NCBI GenBank assembly: GCA_034722055.1
Contig: JAYENL010000198.1
Span: 11,784-75,783 of the forward strand
DNA length: 64,000 bases
Source of the DNA: Armatimonadota bacterium
GTDB lineage: Bacteria; Armatimonadota; Zipacnadia; Zipacnadales; UBA5352
Direction: 5' to 3'
In this document: one piece after another, positions 1 to 9,452 of the stretch
Numbering within the stretch: the first letter of the stretch is position 1
Layout: every line of letters begins with the position of its first letter
Notes under the pieces: generated by a model
The model's database searches: none
Told to the model about the DNA's origin: nothing
Seen by the model: the letters and a program-made list of their open reading frames with translations, nothing else
Translations under genes and position numbers: made by a program

Positions 1-2
1 TA

Positions 3-1706
3 CCAGAAGGGAGTCTCGTCCGCAACCGGCGCGTTGACGTAGAAGTTCGTCCCGGGCTCAACCTGAGCAATCTGCGAGAAGCTCCCGGGGCTGCCCGGCA
101 CCGTGTCGCTCTCACCCGCGCGCAGCACGTTGTATTGCACCACGTCCCAGTCGTCATCCTCGGAGAGGCTCCAGGTGACGGTGATGCTGCCGCCCTCGTC
201 GTTCATGGTGTCGAAGGCCTGCACGTTCTTCGCCGGCTCGGGTGGCACGTCCACCCCCACTGCCGCAGCGGTGTTGACGCGCCCGGTGCCCAGCGTCTCG
301 AAGGTCAGTGGGTTCTCGTCGCTGATGTCGGTGGCGGTGCGGCGAATCTGGTTCACGATGTCGTCAACCGAGAAGGACGGGTACTGAGCCTTCACCAGCG
401 CCGCCAGGCCGGCCGTAATGGGACACGACATCGACGTGCCGCTCATCTGCGCATAGGGCGTGTCCAGGAACGGCAGGGACGGATGCTCGTAATAGGCGCT
501 GAGCACGTCCACTCCCGGAGCCGAGACGTCCACGAGCTTGTAGTCTGAAGCATCGCGATTGGTGAAATCGGCGGCCAGGTCATTGGCGTCCGTGGCGGCC
601 ACGCCGATGACGAAGTTGTCCTCGCCCAGGTTGGGGCCGTCATTGCACACCGGAGAGCTCCAGGTCGAGGAATCGTTGGTGAAGACGGTGGACTCGTTCC
701 CCGCGGCCGCTACCACTACCACGCCAGCAGCGTGAGCGTTGGATATGACCGGCGTCCACATGTCAGTGAAGCCGCCGCCGAAGCTGCAACTGACGACGTC
801 CGCGCCGTTGTCGATGGCGTACTGCACGGCCGTCATGTTGATGCTGCTGAGCCCGTAGCCCAGGGCTCCCATGGAGCGGACCATCATCAACCGGCAGCTC
901 CAGTCGTGGCCGGCGACGCCCTCAGCGTTGTTGGTGCTGGCTCCCACCAGACCGCCACAGTGACTGCCGTGTGAGACCGCTCCGGGGAAGTAATCTACGA
1001 AGGGAGTGGAGCCCGGCGGTGGGGCCGCGTCGGGGTCGTTGTCGCCGTCCCAGAAGTCCCAGCCGTTGATATCATCAACGTAGCCGTTCCCGTCATCGTC
1101 AACGCCCGGCATCCCGGCCTCTTCGGCCGCGTTGACCCAGTACTTGTCAACCAGGTCCGGGTGGTCCGGATCGTAGCCGGTGTCAACGACCGCCACCACC
1201 ACCGATGAGGAGCCGGTCTGCATGTCCCAGCCTGCCGGGGAATCCATCAGGTTCCACTGGTACTGCTCAGCGTACAGCGGGTCGTCGGGCACCACTTGAA
1301 GATACATGACTCTGTCCGGCCCTGCGGCGGCGATGACGGCCTCGCCAGAGAGCTTGCTCACGCCCTCGGTCACCGACATCCCGGCCGGCAGCTCCACGAC
1401 CGCGATGGGCGTGTGGGGGATGATCTGCTGCAGAGAGCACTCGTGCTTCTGCAACGCGGCCGTAATGTCGGCCATGGTGGCGTTGGCCGCAACCTGCACC
1501 AGCAGCTGGCCCGAAGCGGCTTCATCCGGTACGAGTCTGAAGCCGCCCCCGGGGGCCGGCACCCGAACCATCTTGGGGCTGACGACCTCCGTCTCGATGT
1601 TCGCCGCCAGGGCCGTGGCGCCGATGAGGACAATGAATGCGAGGGCGATCGGGCAGACGACCGAGGATCGGCGGTGGAGACTGGCGTAGCGTCGGCGCAG
1701 CATCAT
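3..1706 (-). CDS. S8 (subtilisin-family) secreted serine peptidase with C-terminal FN3-like domain(s); 3' end runs off the window
   Basis: Not in the ORF track (no stop in window). Manual translation from ATG 1706 after a GGAGG RBS gives a signal peptide, catalytic motifs VAVVDTG, HGSHVAG, AAAGN and SGTSMSCP, a DDDGNGYVDDINGWDF Ca-loop, then FN3-like AFDTMNDEGGSITVTW. Confidence 0.93.
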   Translation of the reverse strand, partial: MMLRRRYASLHRRSSVVCPIALAFIVLIGATALAANIETEVVSPKMVRVPAPGGGFRLVPDEAASGQLLVQVAANATMADITAALQKHECSLQQIIPHTPIAVVELPAGMSVTEGVSKLSGEAVIAAAGPDRVMYLQVVPDDPLYAEQYQWNLMDSPAGWDMQTGSSSVVVAVVDTGYDPDHPDLVDKYWVNAAEEAGMPGVDDDGNGYVDDINGWDFWDGDNDPDAAPPPGSTPFVDYFPGAVSHGSHCGGLVGASTNNAEGVAGHDWSCRLMMVRSMGALGYGLSSINMTAVQYAIDNGADVVSCSFGGGFTDMWTPVISNAHAAGVVVVAAAGNESTVFTNDSSTWSSPVCNDGPNLGEDNFVIGVAATDANDLAADFTNRDASDYKLVDVSAPGVDVLSAYYEHPSLPFLDTPYAQMSGTSMSCPITAGLAALVKAQYPSFSVDDIVNQIRRTATDISDENPLTFETLGTGRVNTAAAVGVDVPPEPAKNVQAFDTMNDEGGSITVTWSLSEDDDWDVVQYNVLRAGESDTVPGSPGSFSQIAQVEPGTNFYVNAPVADETPFW

Positions 1707-1773
1707 GTCTGACGCCTCCCCACGGAGGATGTATGGCTCTCCGACCGGCTTTTCCGGGGCTGGAATCGAGCCG

Positions 1774-1802
1774 ATGATACCAACTTCACAATGGCATGTC
1801 AA
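1774..1802 (-). promoter_or_regulatory. sigma70-type promoter for the S8 peptidase
   Basis: Minus strand TTGACA-17 bp-TATCAT, about 70 bp upstream of the start codon. Confidence 0.7.
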
Positions 1803-2024
1803 CTTCGTCCGCGACCACAGACCTCTCCCCCGGCTCCGGGCTGTCACCAATCGCCGGACTCGCGCCGCGCCCATCGCCCCCGAACCGAGAACCCCGGGAA
1901 ACGCCGCGTGCTCGCGCCCGCCCAGCTTACCCAACTGACATACGACATACACTGAGCTATCAGGCGCCCACCCAATGGCTCGACGCGTGGTCCGGCCGGC
2001 CCGGCACTCCCCGGTGCGTCGGGA

Positions 2025-2240
2025 TCAGTCCTCCTCCTGCTCCTCCTCGGCCTCTTCGGCCTCCTCGTCCTCCACCTCCACAACCACCATGCCGCGGCCG
2101 CCGCAGTAGGAGCAGCGCACCGCCGCGTGGCTCCGGCGCCCCCTGCCCGCCGCCCGCAGGCAGTCAGGACAGCTCCGGCCGCCGCTCCTCGTGCAGGTCC
2201 CCTGTCCTCCACAATGCTCGCATTCTACAAGCTTCCTCAT
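2025..2240 (-). CDS. Small zinc-finger protein (DnaJ-type CxxCxGxG motifs) with acidic tail
   Basis: CEHCGGQG, CPDC and CSYCGGRG motifs; E/D-rich C-terminus; GAGGAGG RBS. Confidence 0.75.
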   Translation of the reverse strand: MRKLVECEHCGGQGTCTRSGGRSCPDCLRAAGRGRRSHAAVRCSYCGGRGMVVVEVEDEEAEEAEEEQEED

Positions 2241-2262
2241 CGACCAGTCCTCCTCAAGCCGA

Positions 2263-4380
2263 CTATCCGGAGGCGCTCTCCGTCCACGGCTCCAGCGCCT
2301 CCGGCGGCATGGTCCATGTCCGGTCGCCCTCCACGTCCCCGGCGTCGAGCACTGACCGGGCCTCTCCCATCGGGATCTCGCCCACCAGCTCCTCGGGGAT
2401 GGCGCCTACCGCCCGCCGGGCGCGCTCCAGGAGGGATTTCAGACGCTCTCCGTGCCGTGCCAGCCCCGCCTGGGTGGGCGTCGCCGAACGCACCATCCTC
2501 ACCAGGACGGCCGCCGCCGTCGGCAGCTTCCCCTCCGGCGCGTCAGCGCGAAGCACCGCCCCCTCCCAGCAGGTGGCCGCCACGGGGACCGGGGCGCGGG
2601 CCGTGGCCGCCACGTAGAGCCTCTCGCGCCGCCCGGCGGCGGAGCTTCCTCGCACCAGCACATGCTGACCGGCCGCCTCGGCACCCGTCAGCAGCCCGGC
2701 AATGGCGCTCGAGGGCGGACCGGCCTCCACCTCGGCATCGTCCAGGCTCCGCGGATGGCGGGCCAGCAGCAGCTCCCGCACCATTGCGTCCGGCTCCCGC
2801 CGCCGGTAGATCATCAGCGCCCTCCCCGCGTCCGGCGCGGAGTAGCGCTCACCCTCGCGCCATCCCAGGCTCTCCAGCAGCGGCGTCAGCGCCCGGAAGC
2901 GGGGCATGATGGGCTGGTGCCAGGCCACGTGCATCCCGGACGCGCCCGACTCCATCCCGTCGATCTCGATGCTCAGATCCCCGCCCTCCTCGCGAAGCCC
3001 CCCGCGGGCCTCCCAGCGCTCCGGGAGGCGCCACGTCAGCGCCGCAGCCTCCCCGGTCACCGGCTGCTCCCCCACCTCCGGCACCAGCCACACGCCGGGC
3101 CGGAAGCTGGCGGCCACACGCCGCAGGGCCTCAAGCCGGTCCGGGTCTGCCGCGGCGGCCGCTACCAGCAGGCCGTCGCGGCCGTCGCTCGTAAGCGTCG
3201 CCAGCAGTCGCATATCGCCAGCCGTGACAGCGTCCAGGAAGGCCGTGGTCCCGGCCACGTCGGCAGCCAGCGACGTCCCGGCCAGGTCCAGGCCCGGCAG
3301 GCGCCGCACCAGCTCCTCAAGCGTGGAGCCGCTGGCCCGCACGCCCATCAGCGGCCACATGTAGAGGGCTCCGGGCCGCCGGTCGGCGGGCTCGATCACG
3401 ATTACCCCTTCCAGCACGCGAATGCTCCAGTCCGCCGGGATCGAGACCACGAAGCCGTGGGGGTCCACCCGCCGGATCCAGGTCGTCGCACCCATCTCCG
3501 GCTCACCGACCGTCGGCGTCGCCCCCTCGACCTCCGCCTCGAGCCTGCTGGTCTCGGGCGACGCCCCACTGCCCTCCGTCGGCGCCGCACCGGTGGCCGG
3601 CCCGCCCTCGTCGGGCGGCGCGGGGACCTCCTCCTCGGGCTCGCGCTCGGGGGGCTCGGGCGGCCTGGGAATCTCAGCTTCCGGTTGCTCTGTCTCGCCC
3701 TCCGGCGCAGCCTCTTCGGGCTCCGGCGGCTCGGCGTCCTCAGCGGGCGCAGGCTCCGGGGCCCCGGGCGCCGCCAGCTCGGGCTCGTCCGGCTCCACCT
3801 CGGGCTCGGGCACGGGAGGCGCCGGCTCCGGCGCGGCCCCGGCGGGCCCCGGGCGGAAGGAGCGCATCATCCGATCCAGCAGCTCCCGGCGCAGCTCTGC
3901 GAGCCTCTCGCGCGACGTGAATGTCCCCAGCACCCAGTGCTTCCCCTCGCTGGCGTAGGCAGCGAAGATGCTGGTCTGATGGACCCCCCGTGAGCGCACG
4001 CGCCCCACGACCACCATCGCCGTGCGCCCGTCCTCGGTCTCGATCTCCTCCATTGAATCCCGGCGGTAATCGACCACACGCCCCAGCACACCCTCGTGCT
4101 CCACGGCCGCCTTCTCGGGCGTGGCCGGGTTGCGCAGCGCGTCCCAGGCCACCACCTCCACGATCGGCCCCGTATCCGGCGGTACCAGGCGCGCCCCTCG
4201 GCCCTGCACCGCCACCAGCTCCCAGCCATCGGGAGCCTCCACGGAGAACCCCGGGGCCGGGCAGCTCAGGCGCCTCCAGTGCTCATCCGCCGGCCAGGCG
4301 GCCGCCGCCAGCAGCGCCAGCACCCCCACCCAGCAACCTCGGGGGGGAAGACGGTAGGCCCGCGACGAAACCAATATCAT
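2263..4380 (-). CDS. Hypothetical exported protein with repeated PsbP/DcrB-like domains and a Pro/Glu-rich linker
   Basis: 705 aa ORF; signal-like N-terminus; motifs GFSVEAPDGW, GFVVSIPADW and LTWRLPERW; long PE-rich linker. Start uncertain. Confidence 0.65.
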   Translation of the reverse strand: MILVSSRAYRLPPRGCWVGVLALLAAAAWPADEHWRRLSCPAPGFSVEAPDGWELVAVQGRGARLVPPDTGPIVEVVAWDALRNPATPEKAAVEHEGVLGRVVDYRRDSMEEIETEDGRTAMVVVGRVRSRGVHQTSIFAAYASEGKHWVLGTFTSRERLAELRRELLDRMMRSFRPGPAGAAPEPAPPVPEPEVEPDEPELAAPGAPEPAPAEDAEPPEPEEAAPEGETEQPEAEIPRPPEPPEREPEEEVPAPPDEGGPATGAAPTEGSGASPETSRLEAEVEGATPTVGEPEMGATTWIRRVDPHGFVVSIPADWSIRVLEGVIVIEPADRRPGALYMWPLMGVRASGSTLEELVRRLPGLDLAGTSLAADVAGTTAFLDAVTAGDMRLLATLTSDGRDGLLVAAAAADPDRLEALRRVAASFRPGVWLVPEVGEQPVTGEAAALTWRLPERWEARGGLREEGGDLSIEIDGMESGASGMHVAWHQPIMPRFRALTPLLESLGWREGERYSAPDAGRALMIYRRREPDAMVRELLLARHPRSLDDAEVEAGPPSSAIAGLLTGAEAAGQHVLVRGSSAAGRRERLYVAATARAPVPVAATCWEGAVLRADAPEGKLPTAAAVLVRMVRSATPTQAGLARHGERLKSLLERARRAVGAIPEELVGEIPMGEARSVLDAGDVEGDRTWTMPPEALEPWTESASG

Positions 4381-4478
4381 GGCAGATTAGCGTCTCTTCG
4401 TGAAGGATGCCTGCAACAGGTATGCTATTCGGCTCCACCCTTGCGGGCTCCTTCCTGCGGTGAGATGTGTCTTAGCGG

Positions 4479-6566
4479 ATGGAGGGGTCGGCGGTGCAGC
4501 ACCAGCATCACAATCACCACCAGCATCATGATCACGAGGGGCACGAGCAGGCAGGACGTGAGCACCAGGGACATGAGGGCCACGAGGATCACGCCGGGCA
4601 CCACGAGATGATGGTGGCCGACTTCCGCACCCGCTTCTGGGTCAGCCTATTCCTGACAGTGCCGCTCCTGGCGCTGTCACCGACCATCCAGCAGTGGGCC
4701 GGGCAGCTCACCGGCCTCCCGGCACTGACCTTCCCCGGGGACAGCTACGTGCTCCTCGCGCTGGCCATCGCTATCTACGCCTACGGCGGCTGGCCGTTCC
4801 TGTCGGGGATGATCGATGAGCTGCGCGGGGGACGGCCCGGAATGATGACCCTCATCGCCGTCGCCATCAGCGTGGCGTTCTTCTACTCCGGCGCCGTGAC
4901 GCTGGGCGTGGAGGGAAAGGTCTTCTTCTGGGAGCTGGCCACGCTCATCGACGTCATGCTGCTGGGCCACTGGATCGAGATGCGGTCGGTGATGGGCGCG
5001 TCCCGGGCGCTGGAGGAGCTGGCGAGGCTCATGCCCGATGAGGCGCACCGCATCACCGAGGGCGGCGAGACCGAGGAGGTCCCCACACATGAGCTGCAGA
5101 CCGGCGACCGCATCCTGATCAAGCCCGGGGAGAAGGTCCCCGCTGACGGGACCATCATGGGGGGTGAGAGCGCCCTCAACGAGTCCATGCTCACCGGCGA
5201 GACCACGCCCGTGGAGAGGAGCCCCGGCGAGGAGGTCATCGGCGGCTCCATCAACGGCGACGGCTCGCTGACCGTGCAGGTGGAGAGGACCGGCGAGGAG
5301 AGCTACCTCTCGCAGGTCATCAGCATGGTCGAGGAGGCCCAGCAGTCGCGCTCGCCCGGCCAGGACCTCGCCAACCGGGCCGCCCTGTGGCTGACCATCA
5401 TCGCCATCAGCGCCGGCGGCATCACCTTCGTGGCCTGGCTGCTGGGCTCCGCGCACGAGCTGGAGTTCGCCCTGGAGCGGTCCATCACCGTCATGGTCAT
5501 CACCTGCCCCCATGCCCTGGGGCTGGCGATCCCGCTGGTGGTCGCGGTCTCCACGGCCATCGGCGCCAGGCGCGGCCTACTGGTGCGCGACCGCAACGCC
5601 TTCGAGCAGGCCCGCAGCATCCAGGCGGTGGTCTTCGACAAAACCGGCACCCTCACCGAGGGCCGCTTCGGTGTGGAGGCCGTGGCGCCGATCGGCGACC
5701 GGAGTGAGGAGCAGGTGCTGGCCCTCGCGGCGGCGGTGGAGGCGCACTCCGAGCATCCCATCGCCGACGGCATCTCGCGAGCGGCCGCGGAGCGCGGGCT
5801 GGATGTGCCCGAGGTGAGCGACTTCGAGGCCATCAAGGGCAAGGGCGCCCGCGGCAGTGTCGATGGCCGACAGGTGCTCGTCGTCAGCCCCGGCTATCTG
5901 CAGCAGGAGGACATTCCCGTCCCGGAGGAGGCCACTGCGCAGGTCGCCGGGGAGGGCCGCACGGTGGTCTACGTCCTGGACACGGGTCAGGTCCTCGGGG
6001 CCATCGCGCTGGCCGACATCATCCGCGAGGAGTCACGCGAGGCCATCGACCGGCTCGGCGCGGCGGGCATCCAGGCCATGATGCTCACCGGCGACAATGA
6101 GGACGTCGCGCGCTGGGTGGGCGGGGAGCTGGGGCTGGACGACTACTTCGCCGGGGTGTTGCCTGACGAGAAGGCCGCCAGGGTCCGGCAGGTGCAGGAC
6201 CGGGGTCTGATGGTGGCGATGGTCGGCGACGGCGTCAATGACGCTCCCGCACTGGCCCAGGCCGACGTAGGCGTGGCTATCGGCGCCGGGACGGACGTGG
6301 CCATCGAGACCGCCGATGTGGTGCTGGTCAAAAGCGACCCCCGCGCGGTGGTGGACATGCTGGGCCTCTCGCGAGCCACCTGGGGGAAGATGGTGCAGAA
6401 CCTGTTCTGGGCCACCGGCTACAACGCCGTCGCGATTCCGCTGGCGGCGGGGGTGCTGGCGGGCTGGGGGATCATCCTCCCGCCGGCGGTAGGCGCGATC
6501 ATTATGTCCGCCAGCACCGTCATCGTCGCGGTCAATGCCCGATTGCTCCGGATGCCGGGCGCGTAG
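4479..6566 (+). CDS. copB: Copper-translocating P1B-type ATPase (P1B-3/CopB type)
   Basis: His-rich N-terminus; TGE, CPH transmembrane motif, DKTGT, HP, GDGVNDAP, YN and MSAS motifs. Confidence 0.93.
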   Translation: MEGSAVQHQHHNHHQHHDHEGHEQAGREHQGHEGHEDHAGHHEMMVADFRTRFWVSLFLTVPLLALSPTIQQWAGQLTGLPALTFPGDSYVLLALAIAIYAYGGWPFLSGMIDELRGGRPGMMTLIAVAISVAFFYSGAVTLGVEGKVFFWELATLIDVMLLGHWIEMRSVMGASRALEELARLMPDEAHRITEGGETEEVPTHELQTGDRILIKPGEKVPADGTIMGGESALNESMLTGETTPVERSPGEEVIGGSINGDGSLTVQVERTGEESYLSQVISMVEEAQQSRSPGQDLANRAALWLTIIAISAGGITFVAWLLGSAHELEFALERSITVMVITCPHALGLAIPLVVAVSTAIGARRGLLVRDRNAFEQARSIQAVVFDKTGTLTEGRFGVEAVAPIGDRSEEQVLALAAAVEAHSEHPIADGISRAAAERGLDVPEVSDFEAIKGKGARGSVDGRQVLVVSPGYLQQEDIPVPEEATAQVAGEGRTVVYVLDTGQVLGAIALADIIREESREAIDRLGAAGIQAMMLTGDNEDVARWVGGELGLDDYFAGVLPDEKAARVRQVQDRGLMVAMVGDGVNDAPALAQADVGVAIGAGTDVAIETADVVLVKSDPRAVVDMLGLSRATWGKMVQNLFWATGYNAVAIPLAAGVLAGWGIILPPAVGAIIMSASTVIVAVNARLLRMPGA

Positions 6567-6800
6567 CTGCAGGCGACGGGCTCCAAGCTACAAGCAACGG
6601 CAGACGACAGCGACGAGCCACGACCGAGCAGTGTCGCTATCATGTTCTTGAGGTGAGGGGCTACGCGCCCTCCCGGGCGTTGTCGTTCGCCCAGTCGTCT
6701 GGAGGGGCCGGTCTCCGTCCCGGCCCGGTCGTTGTGGTTTGCCGTTGCCGTCGCGACCCGGCCGCTGTTGGGGCAAGACGCCCATGCCGCGCAGCAACCA

Positions 6801-7039
6801 ACGACCCCCGACAACGGCGCACGGACAGGAGTGTCCGTGCCACGGAACGGCAGAGGGCGCTCGTCCATCGTTGCCGTCTCCCCCTCTCCCGCCTGAGACC
6901 GCTTGCGGTCTCCAGGGGGAGGGGGATGAGCGTGCCTCGCACGCTCAGGGGGAGGGGACGTCGTTGCCGCCGCCACGCATCAGCAAACACGACCCCCAAC
7001 AACGGCGCACGGACAGGAGTGTCCGTGCCACGGAACGGC
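6801..7039. repeat. Two 51-bp direct repeats containing a REP-like palindrome (GCACGGACA-GGAG-TGTCCGTGC), flanking another hairpin element
   Basis: Copies at 6801-6851 and 6989-7039 differ by one base; a CCCCTCTCCC...GGGGAGGGG hairpin element lies between them. Confidence 0.85.
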
Positions 7040-7137
7040 GGACGCGGAGGGAGGAGATCGCGGCGCGGCCGCCGCAATACCTCGCTTGCGGGCTCATCGC
7101 TCGCGTACCCACACGGACGAACCGGGAGGCGGAAGTC

Positions 7138-8493
7138 ATGATGCATGCGGCGCTTGCAGCTCCTGGGTCTCTGCTGCTGCTCGCGTTCGGCGCGTTCCTT
7201 CTCGCCGGCGAAGGCGAAGCTGAGGCACAGGCGACGGTGGTCGTGGAGCCGGAGGAGATCGATGACATCCTCGTGAATCCGGGGCGGGGCTGGACGACCT
7301 TCCACCGCTTCAACGAGGACCATTCGCCCGACGAGTATCCCCCAACCTCCATCGCCTACTTCCGGTGGTACTGGGATGTGCTGGAGCCGGAGGAGGGGCA
7401 GTACAACTTCGAGGTCGTGGACGCGGCCATCGACGGGGCCAGACAGAACGGCCAGAAGCTGGCCTTCCGCATCATGACCTGCAACGGTGAGCCCAAGGTC
7501 CCGCAGTGGTACCGCGACCTCGGCGCGCCGGGCAACGAGTTCAACGACGGGAAGAGCTGGCAGCCCGACTACAGCGCCCCGATCTATCTCGAGAAGCAGG
7601 CCGCACTCGTCGAGGCCTTCGGCGAGCGCTATGACGGGCACCCGGACGTCGATCACGTGGACATCGGCTCCATGGGCCGGTGGGGGGAGTGGCACACCTC
7701 CCAGACGGGCGTGGAGCCGCCGCCCTTCGAGGTCCAGAGGCGCATCGTGGACATGTACCTGCAGGCCTTCCAGGAGACGCCGCTGGTGATGCTCATCGCG
7801 CAGAGGGATGCGCTGGCCTACGCCGTGGACCACGGCGCCGGGTGGCGTGCGGATTGTTTGGGCGACATGCGCGAGGGCTGGTGCCACATGGACTACTACC
7901 CGGAGCAACTGGCCGCGGCCGGCGTGGAGGACGCCTGGAGGAGCGCCCGCGTGGTCTTCGAGACCTGCTGGACCATGCAGCACTGGAAGGACCAGGGCTG
8001 GGACGTCGAGGAGATCTTCCGCCGCGCGCTGGAGATGCACCCGTCGGTGGTGAACAACAAGTCCTCGGCGGTGCCTGCCGAGTGGTGGCCGCAGGTCCGC
8101 GAGTTCACGAAGAAGATGGGCTACCGCCTGGTTCTGAGGCGCCTGGGGCATCCGCCGACCGCAGCGCCGGGGGACCGGCTGGAGCTGGCGATGTCCTGGG
8201 AGAACGTGGGCGTGGCCCCCTGCTACGACGCCTATCCGCTGGTGGTTGAGCTCCTCAGCGATGCAGGACAGCGCCATCGGCTGAGGACCGACGTGGATGT
8301 GCGGCAGTGGCTGCCGGGCACGCACGAGGTGACCGCGCAGATTGAGCTGCCCGGCGACCTGCCGGCGGGCGAGTACGCGCTGAGGCTGGCCTTCGTGGAC
8401 CCTGACACTGGCGAGCCCGCGCTGAAGCTGGCCATCGCTGGCAGGGAGGACGATGGCTGGTACGCCCTCAGCCGCCTAACCGTGGCTGAGTGA
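7138..8493 (+). CDS. Secreted DUF4832-domain glycoside hydrolase-like protein
   Basis: Signal peptide; NPGRGW, YFRWYWDVLEPEEGQYNF, GRWGEWH, MGYRL and WENVGVAP motifs; start placed at ATG 7138 after GGAGG. Confidence 0.8.
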   Translation: MMHAALAAPGSLLLLAFGAFLLAGEGEAEAQATVVVEPEEIDDILVNPGRGWTTFHRFNEDHSPDEYPPTSIAYFRWYWDVLEPEEGQYNFEVVDAAIDGARQNGQKLAFRIMTCNGEPKVPQWYRDLGAPGNEFNDGKSWQPDYSAPIYLEKQAALVEAFGERYDGHPDVDHVDIGSMGRWGEWHTSQTGVEPPPFEVQRRIVDMYLQAFQETPLVMLIAQRDALAYAVDHGAGWRADCLGDMREGWCHMDYYPEQLAAAGVEDAWRSARVVFETCWTMQHWKDQGWDVEEIFRRALEMHPSVVNNKSSAVPAEWWPQVREFTKKMGYRLVLRRLGHPPTAAPGDRLELAMSWENVGVAPCYDAYPLVVELLSDAGQRHRLRTDVDVRQWLPGTHEVTAQIELPGDLPAGEYALRLAFVDPDTGEPALKLAIAGREDDGWYALSRLTVAE

Positions 8494-8535
8494 CGCACGC
8501 ACAGAGGCGCTGGCCTGGCCCGGCAGGTGATACCC

Positions 8536-9348
8536 ATGCCCACGATGCAACTGACCGTCCGCCGGCGGCGGATGATGAAGGTCAGCGATCCCAACCACGA
8601 GGCGAACTTCCATACCGATCAGGTCGCCATCGAGCTTGACCCGTCCCGCACCGGCTTCGTGCTGGTGGACATGTGGGATTGCTCGGACGTCCCCGACGAG
8701 ATCAAGCCGGGCGGGGTGAGCTTCTGCCAGCGCGCCGCGGAGATCACCGCCCTCCACATCGCCCCCGCGCTGGACGCCGCGCGCCAGGCCGGGCTGACGG
8801 TCATCCACGGGCCCACCTCCTTCGTCACCGAGAAGTACGACCACTCGTGCCGTCGCGCCCAGGTCCCCGAACCGGGGACCGGCGGCTCTCCCCGGCGCGA
8901 CTGGCCGCCGCCCGAGCACCGCGAGGCCTGGGCGCAGGAGCGTTGGGAGGCGCGCTACGGCGACTACGGGCCGGAGGAGAACCGGGCCCGGGTGGAGGGC
9001 ACGCGCATCCTCCCCCAGGTGGAGCCCATCGAGAGCGACTGGATCATCGGCTCCAGCGAGGAGATGTACGCCATCTGCCGCCAGCAGGAGCTGCTGAGCC
9101 TCATCTACGTGGGCTTCGCGACCAACATGTGCCTGATCTTCAAGCCGGGGGCGCTGCAGGAGATGTCGAACGCCGGCTATCGGTGTGTGGTGCTGCGCGA
9201 CTGCACCACCGCGGTCGAGAACGCCGACAGTTGGGGCGATCTCGACCAGACGCGGGCCTTCGTGGACTGGTTCGAGATGCAGATGCTGGCATACACCGCC
9301 ACCTCCGCGAACTTCATCGCGGCCTGCGCCGACGCCGCCGGCGGGTAG
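8536..9348 (+). CDS. Isochorismatase-family cysteine hydrolase
   Basis: VLVDMW, YVGFATNMC and LRDCT motifs. Confidence 0.8.
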   Translation: MPTMQLTVRRRRMMKVSDPNHEANFHTDQVAIELDPSRTGFVLVDMWDCSDVPDEIKPGGVSFCQRAAEITALHIAPALDAARQAGLTVIHGPTSFVTEKYDHSCRRAQVPEPGTGGSPRRDWPPPEHREAWAQERWEARYGDYGPEENRARVEGTRILPQVEPIESDWIIGSSEEMYAICRQQELLSLIYVGFATNMCLIFKPGALQEMSNAGYRCVVLRDCTTAVENADSWGDLDQTRAFVDWFEMQMLAYTATSANFIAACADAAGG

Positions 9349-9452
9349 TCAGCGATCCTCCCGCGGCACGCGCCCCAGCGCAGCGAAGGAATCCCGCCGC
9401 CGCGCGGCAAACCTACTCCCAGCGACTGACCCCGCTCGGAGGAGCATGTTCC

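Noticed and set aside
6801..7039. Direct repeats as a CRISPR array
   Set aside because: Only two 51-bp copies with a 137-bp spacer and no cas genes; they fit REP-type palindromes.
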